Assembly (NCBI GenBank): GCA_017559995.1
Contig: JAFYPP010000003.1
Location: 1,015 to 65,014, forward strand
Direction: 5' to 3'
Origin: Clostridia bacterium
GTDB lineage: Bacteria; Bacillota; Clostridia; Oscillospirales; Butyricicoccaceae
Length of the DNA stretch: 64,000 bases
This document shows, one piece after another, positions 19,001-28,792 of this stretch. The position numbers were made by a program, and so were the translations under genes. The notes below the pieces were generated by a model that was not told the DNA's origin, made no database searches, and saw nothing but the letters and a program-made list of their open reading frames with translations. Each line of letters begins with the position of its first letter. Positions within the stretch are counted from its first letter, which is position 1.

Positions 19001-20239
19001 ATGAAGATTGTGATCATCGGCGGCGGTGCCGCCGGTATGATGGCAGCTTGTACCGCTGCCGAACGTGGCGCGAAGGTCACGTTGATCGAGCGCAACTCCC
19101 AGTTGGGCATCAAGGTGAACATCACCGGCAAGGGCCGCTGCAATGTTACCAATGACAGCGAACCCGAAGCCCTCATTAAAAATACATTGACCAACGGACG
19201 GTTTCTGTACAGTGCCTTCGCGGCCCTGTCCGCCCAGGACACCATTGCCTTTTTCGAGCGCATCGGCGTTCCGCTGAAGGTGGAGCGGGGCAAGCGTGTC
19301 TTTCCCGTTACCGACAACGCCCGTGACATTACCGGCGCTCTCAAGACCCACCTGCACCGCCTTGGTGTCACCGTGCTGCAGCACCGTGTGAAGAGCATCG
19401 TCACCAAGGACGGCGCCGCCTGCGGTGTTTCGCTCCAGGACGGCTCTGTCATCGTTGCCGACCGGGTGATTTTGGCCACCGGCGGCCGTTCCTATCCCCG
19501 TACCGGCTCCGACGGCGACGGCTACCGCATGGCACAGGCGCTGGGTCACACCGTGACCGCTCTGCGCCCCTCGCTGGTGCCGCTGCTCACCGAAGAGACC
19601 TCTCCTGCGCTGATGGAAGGCCTCGCGCTGAAAAACGTTTCCCTGACGGTGAAAAAGGATGGCAAGAAGATCTTCTCCGACTTCGGTGAGATGGTCTTTA
19701 CCGCCAAGGGCATTTCCGGCCCGCTGGTGCTCAGCGCATCCGCCCATCTTGGTGTGAAAAAGCACACCTATCCTTATCAGGCCTTTATCGATCTCAAGCC
19801 CGCGCTTGATCACGACACGCTGGACAAGCGTCTGCTGCGGGATTTTGAGGAGAATATCAACCGGGACTTTTCCAACGCCCTGTCCCAGCTGCTGCCCGCC
19901 AAAATGATCCCCGTTATGATCGACCTTTGCGGCATTTCCGCCCGGCAGAAGGTCAACACCATCACCCGTCAGCAGCGGGAGCAGCTGTGCGCGTTGCTCA
20001 AGGCCTTCCCCCTGACCGTTGTTTCGGCGGGCAGTTGGGATGAGGCGGTAGTCACCGCCGGCGGCATCGCCGTCAAGGAGATCGACCCCAAAACCATGGC
20101 ATCCAAACTGGTTCCCGGCCTGTATTTTGCCGGTGAGGTCATGGATGTAGACGCATATACCGGCGGCTTTAACCTGCAGATCGCCTGGTCCACGGGCTAC
20201 TGTGCCGGACAAGCTGCCGCGGAAGGAGAAGAAGTATGA
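19001..20239 (+). CDS. HI0933/BaiN-like FAD-dependent oxidoreductase
   Basis: 412 aa with the dinucleotide fold VIIGGGAAGMMAA, then ITGKGRCNVTN and a C-terminal FAGEVMDVDAYTGGFNLQ block typical of the HI0933 family. Confidence 0.85.
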   Translation: MKIVIIGGGAAGMMAACTAAERGAKVTLIERNSQLGIKVNITGKGRCNVTNDSEPEALIKNTLTNGRFLYSAFAALSAQDTIAFFERIGVPLKVERGKRVFPVTDNARDITGALKTHLHRLGVTVLQHRVKSIVTKDGAACGVSLQDGSVIVADRVILATGGRSYPRTGSDGDGYRMAQALGHTVTALRPSLVPLLTEETSPALMEGLALKNVSLTVKKDGKKIFSDFGEMVFTAKGISGPLVLSASAHLGVKKHTYPYQAFIDLKPALDHDTLDKRLLRDFEENINRDFSNALSQLLPAKMIPVMIDLCGISARQKVNTITRQQREQLCALLKAFPLTVVSAGSWDEAVVTAGGIAVKEIDPKTMASKLVPGLYFAGEVMDVDAYTGGFNLQIAWSTGYCAGQAAAEGEEV

Positions 20240-20913
20240 TGAATTACCACGCCATCGCCATCGACGGCCCCTCCGGCGCCGGCAAAAGCACGGTCGCCAA
20301 GGAGCTGTCCGCTCTGCTGAAGTTTATTTATATTGATACCGGTGCCATGTACCGTGCCATCGGCCTGTACACCGCCCACAAGGGCGTTGACGCCAATGAC
20401 CGGGAAAAGGTACCCGCTCTGCTGCCCGAGATCAAGCTGGAGCTGGGCTTCATCGACGGCGTACAGCACATTTTCCTCAACGGGGAAGACGTGTCCGACA
20501 AGATCCGCACCGAAGAGGCCTCCAAGCGCGCCAGCGACGTGTCTGCCATTCCCGAGGTCCGCGCCTTTCTGCTGGACTTCCAGCGCAGTTTCGCCCAGTC
20601 CAACAACGTGATCATGGACGGCCGTGATATCGGCACCGTGGTGCTTCCCAATGCCGATTTGAAAATCTTCCTCACCGCCACCGCCGAGGCCCGTGCCCAG
20701 CGCCGCTATATCGAGCAGATCGCAAAGGGCATGGACGTGACCTATGAGCAGGTGCTGGAAGGTATGCGCGTCCGTGACCTGCAGGACTCCACCCGTGCCG
20801 CGGCGCCCCTTAAACCCGCCGATGACGCCGTTTTCGTGGACAGCACCGAGATGGACCTGCAGCAGACCATCGATCACGTTCGCGCCATCGCAAAGGAGCG
20901 CATCGGTGTTTAA
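20236..20913 (+). CDS. cmk: Cytidylate kinase
   Basis: 225 aa with IAIDGPSGAGKST (P-loop), YIDTGAMYRA and MDGRDIGT. Confidence 0.95.
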   Translation: MMNYHAIAIDGPSGAGKSTVAKELSALLKFIYIDTGAMYRAIGLYTAHKGVDANDREKVPALLPEIKLELGFIDGVQHIFLNGEDVSDKIRTEEASKRASDVSAIPEVRAFLLDFQRSFAQSNNVIMDGRDIGTVVLPNADLKIFLTATAEARAQRRYIEQIAKGMDVTYEQVLEGMRVRDLQDSTRAAAPLKPADDAVFVDSTEMDLQQTIDHVRAIAKERIGV

Positions 20914-21496
20914 GGTCGTTTATTGGTTCCTGTATATCGTTCTGTACCCCTTTTACCGCTTTCGGTTTGTGGGTAAGGAGAACATTCCCGAAGGCGCTGC
21001 CGTCCTGTGCGGAAATCACACGGCGAACATTGACGCCGTGTTCATCGTGCTGGCCAACGGCCCCCAACGCAACTTCGGTATTATCGGCAAGGAAGAACTG
21101 TTCCGCTTCAAGCCTATCGCAGCCTTTTTCCATTGGATCGGCGGCGTTCCCGTCAAACGTGACGGCGGCGACCTGCAGGCCGTCCGGGTCAGCCTGTCCA
21201 TTCTGAAGGCAGGGAAGAAGCTGCTGCTGTTCCCGGAAGGCACCCGTGTCAAAGAGGGTATGGCGCCCGTGGCGCCCAAGTCGGGAGCGCCCATGTTTGC
21301 GCTGAAGTGCAACGCTCCGCTGGTGCCGATATACATTCCCTCCGGCCGGAAGGCTTTCCGCAAAAACACCGTGGTTATCGGTAAACCCTATCTTCCGGAG
21401 TTTGACGGAAAACCCGGCCACGACGATTATCAGCGCATGGCCGAAGATCTTATGCAGCGCATTCAGGCGCTGGCACACGGGGAGCTGAACAAATGA
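20906..21496 (+). CDS. plsC: 1-acyl-sn-glycerol-3-phosphate acyltransferase
   Basis: 196 aa from the in-frame GTG at 20906, which overlaps the cmk stop by 8 nt. It has the NHTANIDA (HX4D-type) and FPEGTR acyltransferase motifs. The track ORF start at 20744 lies inside cmk. Confidence 0.85.
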   Translation: MFKVVYWFLYIVLYPFYRFRFVGKENIPEGAAVLCGNHTANIDAVFIVLANGPQRNFGIIGKEELFRFKPIAAFFHWIGGVPVKRDGGDLQAVRVSLSILKAGKKLLLFPEGTRVKEGMAPVAPKSGAPMFALKCNAPLVPIYIPSGRKAFRKNTVVIGKPYLPEFDGKPGHDDYQRMAEDLMQRIQALAHGELNK

Positions 21497-23427
21497 TCAC
21501 ACTTGCAAAACACGCCGGTTTCTGCTTTGGCGTTCGCCGCGCGGTACAGATGGCGGAGGAGAACGCGACGCCCAATGACCTGCTTTACGCGGCGGGCCCG
21601 CTGATCCACAACCGTCACGTGATCGAGGATCTCCGGGAAAAGGGCGTGATCACGGTCCACGATCTGGCCGACATTCCCGACGGCGCCCGTGTCATCGTCC
21701 GTGCCCACGGTGTTCCGCCCGAGGATCTCGCCGTTTTGGAGAAGAAGGGCTGCTCGGTGCTGGACGCCACCTGTCCTTTCGTCGCCCGCATCCATAAGAT
21801 CGTGCAGGAAGAAAGCGAAAAGGGAAGGGCGATTTTGATCTTTGGCAAGCACGGCCACCCGGAAGTTGTGGGCATCGCCGCGCGGTGTAAAACCCCGCTG
21901 ATCGCCGAAACCTATGAAAATTTGGAAGAAATTCTCCAAAAATGGAAAAATGCGCCGATTTCGGTGGTTTGCCAGACCACTTTTCAAAAAGAAATTTGTG
22001 TAGAATATGTAAAAATCGTAAAAAACACTTGTAATTCACCCCAGATATTTGATACAATATGTAATGCTACGGATTTGCGCCAATCAGAAGCGCAGGCCCT
22101 GGCTTTGCGATCCGATTTTGCGGTTGTCATCGGTGACCCCTCCAGCAGCAACTCCCAAAGCCTCTATCGCCTGTGTTCGGAATATTGTCCGAACGTGCAG
22201 TTTATCCAGGAGGCATCCGAGTTGGACCTGACTGGACTGAAGCGGTCAACCCACGCGTTCGTCACCGCGGGCGCTTCAACACCGGATCGAATTATTGAGG
22301 AGGTATATAGGAACATGACTGAAGAAATCAAGACCACCGGCGCAGAGAGCTTTGAGGAATTACTGGAGCAGTCTCTGAAAACTTTACATACAGGAGAAAA
22401 GGTGACTGGCATCGTTACCGCTATCAACGCTACTGAAGTTTCCGTTGATCTGGGTGTCAAGCAGGCTGGCTACATCCCCACCACCGAGCTGTCCGACGAC
22501 CCCACTTACGTTGTTGCTGATAACATCCACGTTGGCGACGAAGTCGAAGCTTTTGTTGTCCGTGTGAACGATGTTGAAGGCTGGATCATGCTGTCCAAGA
22601 AGCGTCTGGACGCCGTCAAGAACTGGGAGGTTCTGGAGGCTGCCGTCGAGAGCAAGGAAGTTATGGAAGGCGTTATCGTCGACCAGAACAAGGGCGGCGT
22701 TGTCGCTCTGGTCAAGGGCATCCGTGTGTTTGTCCCCGCCAGCCAGACCGGCCTGCCCCGCGAGGCTTCTTTTGACTCCATGATGAAGACCACCCAGAAG
22801 CTGCGCATCACCGAAGTCAACACCCAGCGTCATCGCGTTGTTGGCTCCATCAAGGCTCTGCAGAACGAGGCCCGCAAGGAAGCTCAGACCAAGATCTGGG
22901 AGACCATCGAAGTCGGCACCGTCTATCAGGGCGTTGTCAAGTCCTTCACTTCTTACGGCGCTTTCGTCGACATCGGCGGCGTGGACGGTATGGTTCACAT
23001 CTCCGAGCTGTCCTGGGGCCGCGTGAAGCATCCCTCTGACGTTCTGACCATCGGCCAGGAAGTCGAAGTCTACGTCATCGCTCTGGATGCCGAGAAGAAG
23101 AAGATCTCTCTGGGCTACCGCAAGGCTCAGGACAATCCCTGGACCAAGTTCACCACCACCTATGCCGAGGGCGATGTCGCCAACGTCAAGGTCGTGAAGT
23201 TCATGCCCTTCGGCGCTTTCGCTGAGGTTCTGCCCGGCGTTGACGGTCTGATCCACATTTCTCAGATCGCTGACCGCCGCATCGGCAAGCCCGAGGAAGT
23301 CCTGCAGGTTGGCCAGATGGTCGACGCCAAGATCATTGGCATCGACGAGGACAAGAAGAAGATCTCTCTGTCCATCCGTGCTCTGCTGACCGGCGAAGAG
23401 GCTCCCGCTGAGGAGACTGCTGAGTAA
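21493..23427 (+). CDS. ispH: Bifunctional IspH (HMBPP reductase) / ribosomal protein S1 fusion
   Basis: 644 aa. The N-terminal ~280 aa are IspH/LytB (AGFCFGVRRAV, the conserved Cys in ATCPFV, SSNS). The C-terminal ~350 aa hold four S1 RNA-binding repeats (e.g. GVVKSFTSYGAFVDIGGVDGMVHISE). Confidence 0.92.
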   Translation: MITLAKHAGFCFGVRRAVQMAEENATPNDLLYAAGPLIHNRHVIEDLREKGVITVHDLADIPDGARVIVRAHGVPPEDLAVLEKKGCSVLDATCPFVARIHKIVQEESEKGRAILIFGKHGHPEVVGIAARCKTPLIAETYENLEEILQKWKNAPISVVCQTTFQKEICVEYVKIVKNTCNSPQIFDTICNATDLRQSEAQALALRSDFAVVIGDPSSSNSQSLYRLCSEYCPNVQFIQEASELDLTGLKRSTHAFVTAGASTPDRIIEEVYRNMTEEIKTTGAESFEELLEQSLKTLHTGEKVTGIVTAINATEVSVDLGVKQAGYIPTTELSDDPTYVVADNIHVGDEVEAFVVRVNDVEGWIMLSKKRLDAVKNWEVLEAAVESKEVMEGVIVDQNKGGVVALVKGIRVFVPASQTGLPREASFDSMMKTTQKLRITEVNTQRHRVVGSIKALQNEARKEAQTKIWETIEVGTVYQGVVKSFTSYGAFVDIGGVDGMVHISELSWGRVKHPSDVLTIGQEVEVYVIALDAEKKKISLGYRKAQDNPWTKFTTTYAEGDVANVKVVKFMPFGAFAEVLPGVDGLIHISQIADRRIGKPEEVLQVGQMVDAKIIGIDEDKKKISLSIRALLTGEEAPAEETAE

Positions 23428-23442
23428 GCAATCAAAGAAAAC

Positions 23443-23480
23443 AAGCCTCCGGTCTGTGACCGGAGGCTTTTCTTTTTTTT
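23443..23480. terminator. Bidirectional terminator between ispH/S1 and the recombinase gene
   Basis: AAGCCTCCGGTC-TGT-GACCGGAGGCTT followed by a T-rich run (TTCTTTTTTTT), between convergent genes. Confidence 0.85.
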
Positions 23481-24507
23481 ATTCTTCATCTTCCTGTGGC
23501 CGTTTTTTACGGCCGGGAGGGGAGATCTGGCTCAAGGGATTGGCGTTGGAGGCATCCTTCATGTTTTGATCCACCACGTGGGTGTAGATCATGGTGGTGT
23601 CCAGGTTTTCATGACCGAGCACTTCCTTGAGCGTGCGGACATCCACACCATTCTGGTACATCAGCGTGGCCGCGGTATGGCGCAGTTTGTGCACCGAACA
23701 ATGCTTCTGCGAAAGGCCCGCCGCGCCCAGGTATTTTTTGACCAGCGCCTTCACCGTCTGGACATTGATACGCTGCCCAAACTGACTGATAAACAGGGCA
23801 TTTTTATGACCGGCTTTCGGCGTGATCCGGTGGGGAAGATAGGCCTCGATCGCGTTGAGGCACGCCTGGTTGAGGTAGATCATGCGCTCCTTGTTGCCCT
23901 TTCCCAGCAGCCGCAAGCGGTCGTCGGAAATGTCCTGCAGATTGATACCCACCAGTTCGGAAACACGCATACCGCAGTTCAAAAACAGGGTAAGGATACA
24001 GTAATCACGCTCTCTGTATTTGCCATCCACCGACTCCAGCAGCTGCAAACTCTCACGAAGGGTCAAATGCTTAGGGAGAGCTTTCTGGGCCTTGGGCATA
24101 TCCAGACTTTTGGTGGGATTCTCTTCAACCAATTGCAGTTTATCACAGTAATATTTATAAAATCCGCGCAGGGAAGAGACCTTTCGGGCCCGGGTGCGCA
24201 CCTCGTTACCATAGGCCGTTTCGGAACTTTTATGATGTTTTGGGCGCTCCCTTGCAGTGAAAACAAGGAAATCCAGAACTTCCGAACGGGTAACACTGCG
24301 GACGAGTTCCAGGTCGACCTTTTCCAGAGAAATCGCGGAAAACTCGGCGGCAGGGGAGGCCAGCCCACGTTTTTGCAGGATATAACGGAAAAACGTGCGT
24401 AAATCAAGATAGTATTCGTTGACAGTTCGAGGGGAACGGCCCATAATGGTTTCCAGATAGACCAGATAATCCCGAATCACAGCGGGGGATTCTTTTAAAT
24501 AATCCAT
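23479..24507 (-). CDS. Tyrosine site-specific recombinase (XerC/XerD-like)
   Basis: 342 aa with an N-terminal SAM-like core-binding domain. The catalytic region carries the R..HxxR..Y set (HKLRHTAATLMY, LGHENLDTTMIYTHV). No phage or IS genes are adjacent. Confidence 0.85.
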   Translation of the reverse strand: MDYLKESPAVIRDYLVYLETIMGRSPRTVNEYYLDLRTFFRYILQKRGLASPAAEFSAISLEKVDLELVRSVTRSEVLDFLVFTARERPKHHKSSETAYGNEVRTRARKVSSLRGFYKYYCDKLQLVEENPTKSLDMPKAQKALPKHLTLRESLQLLESVDGKYRERDYCILTLFLNCGMRVSELVGINLQDISDDRLRLLGKGNKERMIYLNQACLNAIEAYLPHRITPKAGHKNALFISQFGQRINVQTVKALVKKYLGAAGLSQKHCSVHKLRHTAATLMYQNGVDVRTLKEVLGHENLDTTMIYTHVVDQNMKDASNANPLSQISPPGRKKRPQEDEE

Positions 24508-24526
24508 AAAAACCTCATAGAAACAG

Positions 24527-25048
24527 GTGCAATATATGCTGTACGGAAATATTTTGTATCATTTTGAAGGTAGGTATCTAACGATCATCTCTGATGATTA
24601 TTATATCAAAAAGATCCTGTTTGGCAAGCATGAGCTTGAAGAAGGTGTTACGCTTGCGCCGGAACATCCGCTGCTGAAAGAAGCTGCGGCCCAGCTTACA
24701 GAATATTTTAATGGTCAGCGTACGCGGTTTGATCTGCCGATCAGTCCGTCCGGTACAGCATTTCAAAAATCTGTGTGGAACGGCTTACTGCAGATCCCAT
24801 ACGGTCAAACCTGGACGTACGGACAGATGGCTGAATACATCTGTAATCCCAAGGCTTGCCGAGCAGTTGGCGGTGCGTGTCACAATAATCCGATCGCTAT
24901 CGTCATACCGTGTCATCGCGTCATCGGCGCCGGCGGTAATCTGACCGGTTTTGGCGGTGGAATGCCCATGAAACGCTGGCTGCTTGAATTGGAACAAAAC
25001 CACTCGACAGACCTGCAGGAACCATCACAAACATCTCCGCACCCATAA
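24527..25048 (+). CDS. ogt: Methylated-DNA--protein-cysteine methyltransferase
   Basis: 173 aa with the PCHRVIG active site and a preceding YGQ...NP helix-turn-helix block. The start may be GTG 24527 or ATG 24536. The 5' half is markedly AT-rich (about 32% GC in a 60-nt sample). Confidence 0.9.
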   Translation: MQYMLYGNILYHFEGRYLTIISDDYYIKKILFGKHELEEGVTLAPEHPLLKEAAAQLTEYFNGQRTRFDLPISPSGTAFQKSVWNGLLQIPYGQTWTYGQMAEYICNPKACRAVGGACHNNPIAIVIPCHRVIGAGGNLTGFGGGMPMKRWLLELEQNHSTDLQEPSQTSPHP

Positions 25049-25070
25049 TTTCCGGTTTGACGCTCCCCTA

Positions 25071-25100
25071 AATTATACAAAATATTCATTTTGTATAATT
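25071..25100. repeat. AT-rich 30-nt inverted repeat (13-bp arms, 4-nt centre)
   Basis: AATTATACAAAAT-ATTC-ATTTTGTATAATT, between convergent ogt and SDR genes. A second GC-rich hairpin follows at 25123-25148 (GAGCAACCAC-AAGTCT-GTGGTTGCTC). Confidence 0.8.
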
Positions 25101-25158
25101 AAATGTGTGCCATTTACAGAATGAGCAACCACAAGTCTGTGGTTGCTCTACTCATTAT

Positions 25159-25863
25159 TCACGGCTGATACTGCCAGCCCCAGTCATTATGATAGATCAT
25201 CAGCTTGGTTTGGCCGCCGTCGATGCAAATATTTTCTCCGGTGATGAACCCGGCCTTTTCAGAACATAAAAACAGCACCATATTGGCAATATCCAACGGA
25301 TTACCGACCCGTCCGGCGGGCTGCTGCACTGCGTCCGGTCCGTCATACACCGCATAATCGGTGTCGATCCAGCCGGGAGAAATGGAATTGACACGGACCT
25401 TTCCTGCCAGGCTTACCGCCAGAGCGTGTGTCAGCGCGGCAATACCGCCTTTTGCGGCAGTATAACTTTCGGTCTGCGGTTGGCTCATACGGTCACGGGA
25501 AGACGAAATATTGATAATACTGGCCCCCGGCGCAAAATACGGTGTAAAAAGCTTGCTCAAATAAAACGGAGCGGTTACACCCACGTTCAGCGCTTGCTGA
25601 AATTGCTCCCAGGTGCAGCTGTCAAGGCCGTGCATGGCAGGCGGAGCGTTATTGACCAGCACGTCCACTCGCCCGTGTTCCTCAATGACCCGCTCCGCAA
25701 AACGCCGCAGAGTCTCTTCGTTTCCAATATCGCCGACAAAATACGGATTGTCTTTGATATCGATCACGCAGACGTTTGCGCCCGCATTTGCGAACTCGTC
25801 GCAAATGCATTTGCCAATGCCGCCGGCACCGCCGGTCACCACAACTACCTTATCCCGAAACAT
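25159..25863 (-). CDS. SDR-family oxidoreductase
   Basis: 234 aa with TGGAGGIG (the NAD(P) Rossmann motif), NNA, and the YxxxK catalytic pair (YTAAKGG). Confidence 0.88.
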   Translation of the reverse strand: MFRDKVVVVTGGAGGIGKCICDEFANAGANVCVIDIKDNPYFVGDIGNEETLRRFAERVIEEHGRVDVLVNNAPPAMHGLDSCTWEQFQQALNVGVTAPFYLSKLFTPYFAPGASIINISSSRDRMSQPQTESYTAAKGGIAALTHALAVSLAGKVRVNSISPGWIDTDYAVYDGPDAVQQPAGRVGNPLDIANMVLFLCSEKAGFITGENICIDGGQTKLMIYHNDWGWQYQP

Positions 25864-25883
25864 ACGTCTCCCCTCCCCGGGCT

Positions 25884-27491
25884 TTAAACGCCGCCTTTGC
25901 CTCGCTTGATCACCTTACCGGCACGCACGCCCAGCGAAACGCCGTCACGGACGGCAATCTTACCGTTTACCAGCACGAAATGGATTCCCTGGTTCCTGCG
26001 GAACGGATGGGCATAATCTGCCACAGCGTGAAGCTTGTCATACTGGAAAACGCAGATATTGGCGTCCCAGCCTTCCCGCAAAAGGCCCTGACCGGGCAGA
26101 TTCAAGGCCACCGCCGCATCATAGGTCTGGTTTTTGACCGCTTCTTCCATGGTACGCAGGCGGAAATCACGCACCAGTTCCAACCGACGTACGGTAGACG
26201 CGGTGCCGCGAGGATGGCCGTTGCCGGCGTGTTCGGGGTCTTTCCATGTGTTTCTGTCGGAAACATCCGAACCAAGGAACACCTTGGGATGGGCCATGAT
26301 ACGCAGCAGGTCGGAAGGACACTGGTTGAACAGGATACTCTGCATGACGCCGTCATTCGCCAACAGCACATCGCACAGAGCGTCAATGGGCTCCTTTCCT
26401 TCCTCTTTCGCGATCTGGCCAATGGTCTTATTGACATATCCCGGCGTCTTGGCCGCGCTGCAGATCAACGTACCGTCAAAACCGGCGGAGTAAATACCGC
26501 TTTCGAACTCATCCACTTCGTGGAAAATGGAATACAGGATCTGCTGACGGATGGCCGGATCCTTCAACCGCTCCAGCAAAGCGGGAATACCGCCCACCAG
26601 ATATTTGGGCGGGATCTGGCTGGACAGGGGCGCCGAACCTGCGGTATAGGGATACTGATCGGCACAAACGGCAACACCGCGGGCGTTTGCATCGTCGATT
26701 TCCTTCAGCAAGTACTGCGATGTGCCCTCGTTGTGTTTGCCCATGACCTTCAGGTGAGAGATCAGCACCGGGACGCCGCCCTCTTCACCGATGCGGATGG
26801 CTTCCTGCACCGAACGGAGAACATTATCGCCTTCGCCACGGATATGGGAACCGTAAATACCGCCGTAGGGCTGCATGACCTTTACCAGTTCGATCAATTC
26901 TTCTGTCGTACCATAGACAGACGGCGCGTACACCAGACCGGAGGTCACGCCCAAATAGCCGGCTTCCATGGCCTCGATCAAATCAGCCTGCATGGTCTGC
27001 ATTTGTCGCGCGCTGGGGGCGGCATCGGAATATCCCAGCACCTTCCGCCGCAGTGCGCCGTGGCCGATGAAAAAGGCCATATTGGTGCCAAACTGCTGTT
27101 TTTCCGCAGCTTCAATAAAGGATGTAGGTGTCTGAGCGATTCGAATCCGGTCGAGGAACTCCTCGTCAGAGAGATCGCCCTGTCGAATACTGCCTTCCGC
27201 ATAAGGTTCGGGAGAACTGCCGCACTGGCCGGCGATCTGCATGGTGACACCCTGTTCCAAATAATTATAGCTGTCACTGCCGGTGAACACCGAACTGTCA
27301 CTGTGGCTGTGGGTATCAATAAAACCGGGAGAAACCTGCATTCCGGCAGCATCGATGATCTCCACGGCTTCCTCATCAATACAAGGCGCAATGTGGGCAA
27401 TTTTTCCGTCTTTTACCGCAATATCACCGTAAAAAGCCGTGCTGCCGCTGCCATCCACGATTTGACCGTTTTTGATCAGCACATCAAACAT
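25884..27491 (-). CDS. N-acyl-D-amino-acid deacylase (D-aminoacylase family amidohydrolase)
   Basis: 535 aa from ATG 27491, with a GAGGGAGG SD. MFDVLIKNGQIVDGSG and GFIDTHSHSD give the metal-binding HxH. The length and C-terminal beta-domain are typical of D-aminoacylases. Confidence 0.8.
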   Translation of the reverse strand: MFDVLIKNGQIVDGSGSTAFYGDIAVKDGKIAHIAPCIDEEAVEIIDAAGMQVSPGFIDTHSHSDSSVFTGSDSYNYLEQGVTMQIAGQCGSSPEPYAEGSIRQGDLSDEEFLDRIRIAQTPTSFIEAAEKQQFGTNMAFFIGHGALRRKVLGYSDAAPSARQMQTMQADLIEAMEAGYLGVTSGLVYAPSVYGTTEELIELVKVMQPYGGIYGSHIRGEGDNVLRSVQEAIRIGEEGGVPVLISHLKVMGKHNEGTSQYLLKEIDDANARGVAVCADQYPYTAGSAPLSSQIPPKYLVGGIPALLERLKDPAIRQQILYSIFHEVDEFESGIYSAGFDGTLICSAAKTPGYVNKTIGQIAKEEGKEPIDALCDVLLANDGVMQSILFNQCPSDLLRIMAHPKVFLGSDVSDRNTWKDPEHAGNGHPRGTASTVRRLELVRDFRLRTMEEAVKNQTYDAAVALNLPGQGLLREGWDANICVFQYDKLHAVADYAHPFRRNQGIHFVLVNGKIAVRDGVSLGVRAGKVIKRGKGGV

Positions 27492-27587
27492 CGAGTATTC
27501 CTCCCTCAAATATATATTGATCGACTCATACGATTTTCCTCACCTCCTTCATACCATAATTTCCCTGTTGTGTCAACCGCAACGATC

Positions 27588-27620
27588 GAAAACCCCTGTG
27601 AAACCGTCACAGGGGTTTTC
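27588..27620 (-). terminator. Rho-independent terminator of the adaptor/permease operon
   Basis: On the minus strand: GAAAACCCCTGTGA-CGGTT-TCACAGGGGTTTTC followed by GATCG, 3 nt after the permease stop. Confidence 0.8.
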
Positions 27621-27622
27621 CT

Positions 27623-28792
27623 CTATTCGGTGCGAATGGCACGGATCGGGTCCAGCCTTGCCGCCCGTAAAGCCGGGAGGATACCAAATATAATGCCGCA
27701 AAAAATAGAAATCCCAAAGCTGACCAGCACGCTTTCCGGTTGAAAGGCGATGGAAATAGAGAAAACCAGCCGAATCAAACGCATCAACACAGCGCTGCAC
27801 AAAACACCGGCGACGCCGCCCGCCAGACATTGCAGTAGGGACTCCCACAGGAAGGTTTTCACGATTGCCCGCTTCGTAGCGCCCAGCGCGCGATAGATCC
27901 CGATTTCCCGTGTGCGGGCATCCAGCGAAGATATCATGGCGTTCATCACGCCAAGGCCGCCAACCACCACCGAGATCGCGGCGATCCCGCCGATCAGCAG
28001 CGCAATCGCCTCCGTTATAACAGAAAAGCTGTCCATATACTGATTCAGGTTTTCAAAAGCATAGGTCTGCGGAGCGACACGTTCCAGCCGATCCATCAGC
28101 TCCGGCACATTCCGCCCTGCATCCGCTATATTTGCGATCATCTTATCGGTATACAGCCCAGGATCCATGGCCTGCAGTGTCGTATAAGGCAGATAGACGA
28201 AATAAGGCAGTTGTCCGCCCAGCATCATGGAAACGCCGGATGACTGCGAACGGATCACCGCGCAGATCTCCAGCGCCTCCGTCCATCCGTTTACCGTAAG
28301 GTAGAGCGTCTTTCCCACCACGTTGGTCCGCTGATATACCTTCTGCGCAAAATCCGTGTCGATAACAGCGATTTTGGCGGCGGAGCGAACCTGTGTCCCG
28401 TTTGGCAGACTCCCGTGACAGACCTCCAGTTGGAAAACATCCTTCAAATGCTCATCAATACCGAGGATCCCAGCCGTTGAGCACAGGTTCCGCAGCTGCA
28501 CGGTTCCGGATGCAAGGACCAGCGGCATAGACGCCTGTACACACGGTGCGTCAGCGACCACCTCCACCGCCTGCTCCGTAAAGGACTCCCCTGTTTTGTG
28601 ATAAACCGCTACTCCACCGATACCGATCCGTCCCATTTCAGCTTCCACGATTTCTCCGGCAAACATACCGAAACTCAATACCGAACTGACCGAGGTGATG
28701 CCGACACAAATTGCCAGTACGCACAGTTTTGAACGGACGCCTGCCCGTGTCACATTTTTCAGGGCGATCAAAAACAAATCAATGGCTTGCAA
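27623..28792 (-). CDS. ABC-transporter permease, FtsX/MacB type
   Basis: 389 aa with an N-terminal TM, a large extracytoplasmic domain and a C-terminal FtsX 3-TM bundle (REIGIYRALGATKRAIVKTFLWESLL). Confidence 0.85.
   Translation of the reverse strand: MQAIDLFLIALKNVTRAGVRSKLCVLAICVGITSVSSVLSFGMFAGEIVEAEMGRIGIGGVAVYHKTGESFTEQAVEVVADAPCVQASMPLVLASGTVQLRNLCSTAGILGIDEHLKDVFQLEVCHGSLPNGTQVRSAAKIAVIDTDFAQKVYQRTNVVGKTLYLTVNGWTEALEICAVIRSQSSGVSMMLGGQLPYFVYLPYTTLQAMDPGLYTDKMIANIADAGRNVPELMDRLERVAPQTYAFENLNQYMDSFSVITEAIALLIGGIAAISVVVGGLGVMNAMISSLDARTREIGIYRALGATKRAIVKTFLWESLLQCLAGGVAGVLCSAVLMRLIRLVFSISIAFQPESVLVSFGISIFCGIIFGILPALRAARLDPIRAIRTE

Noticed and set aside
20744-20905. An N-terminal extension of the plsC ORF (track start 20744).
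   Set aside because: The extension lies wholly inside cmk in another frame and is Pro/Ser/Thr/Arg-rich. The in-frame GTG at 20906 gives a normal-length acyltransferase that begins with its membrane helix.
23479-24507. The tyrosine recombinase as a prophage or ICE integrase marking a large mobile element.
   Set aside because: The flanks hold no phage structural, replication, conjugation or excisionase genes. There is no adjacent tRNA and no flanking direct repeats visible by eye. I kept only the weaker idea of a small compositional islet.
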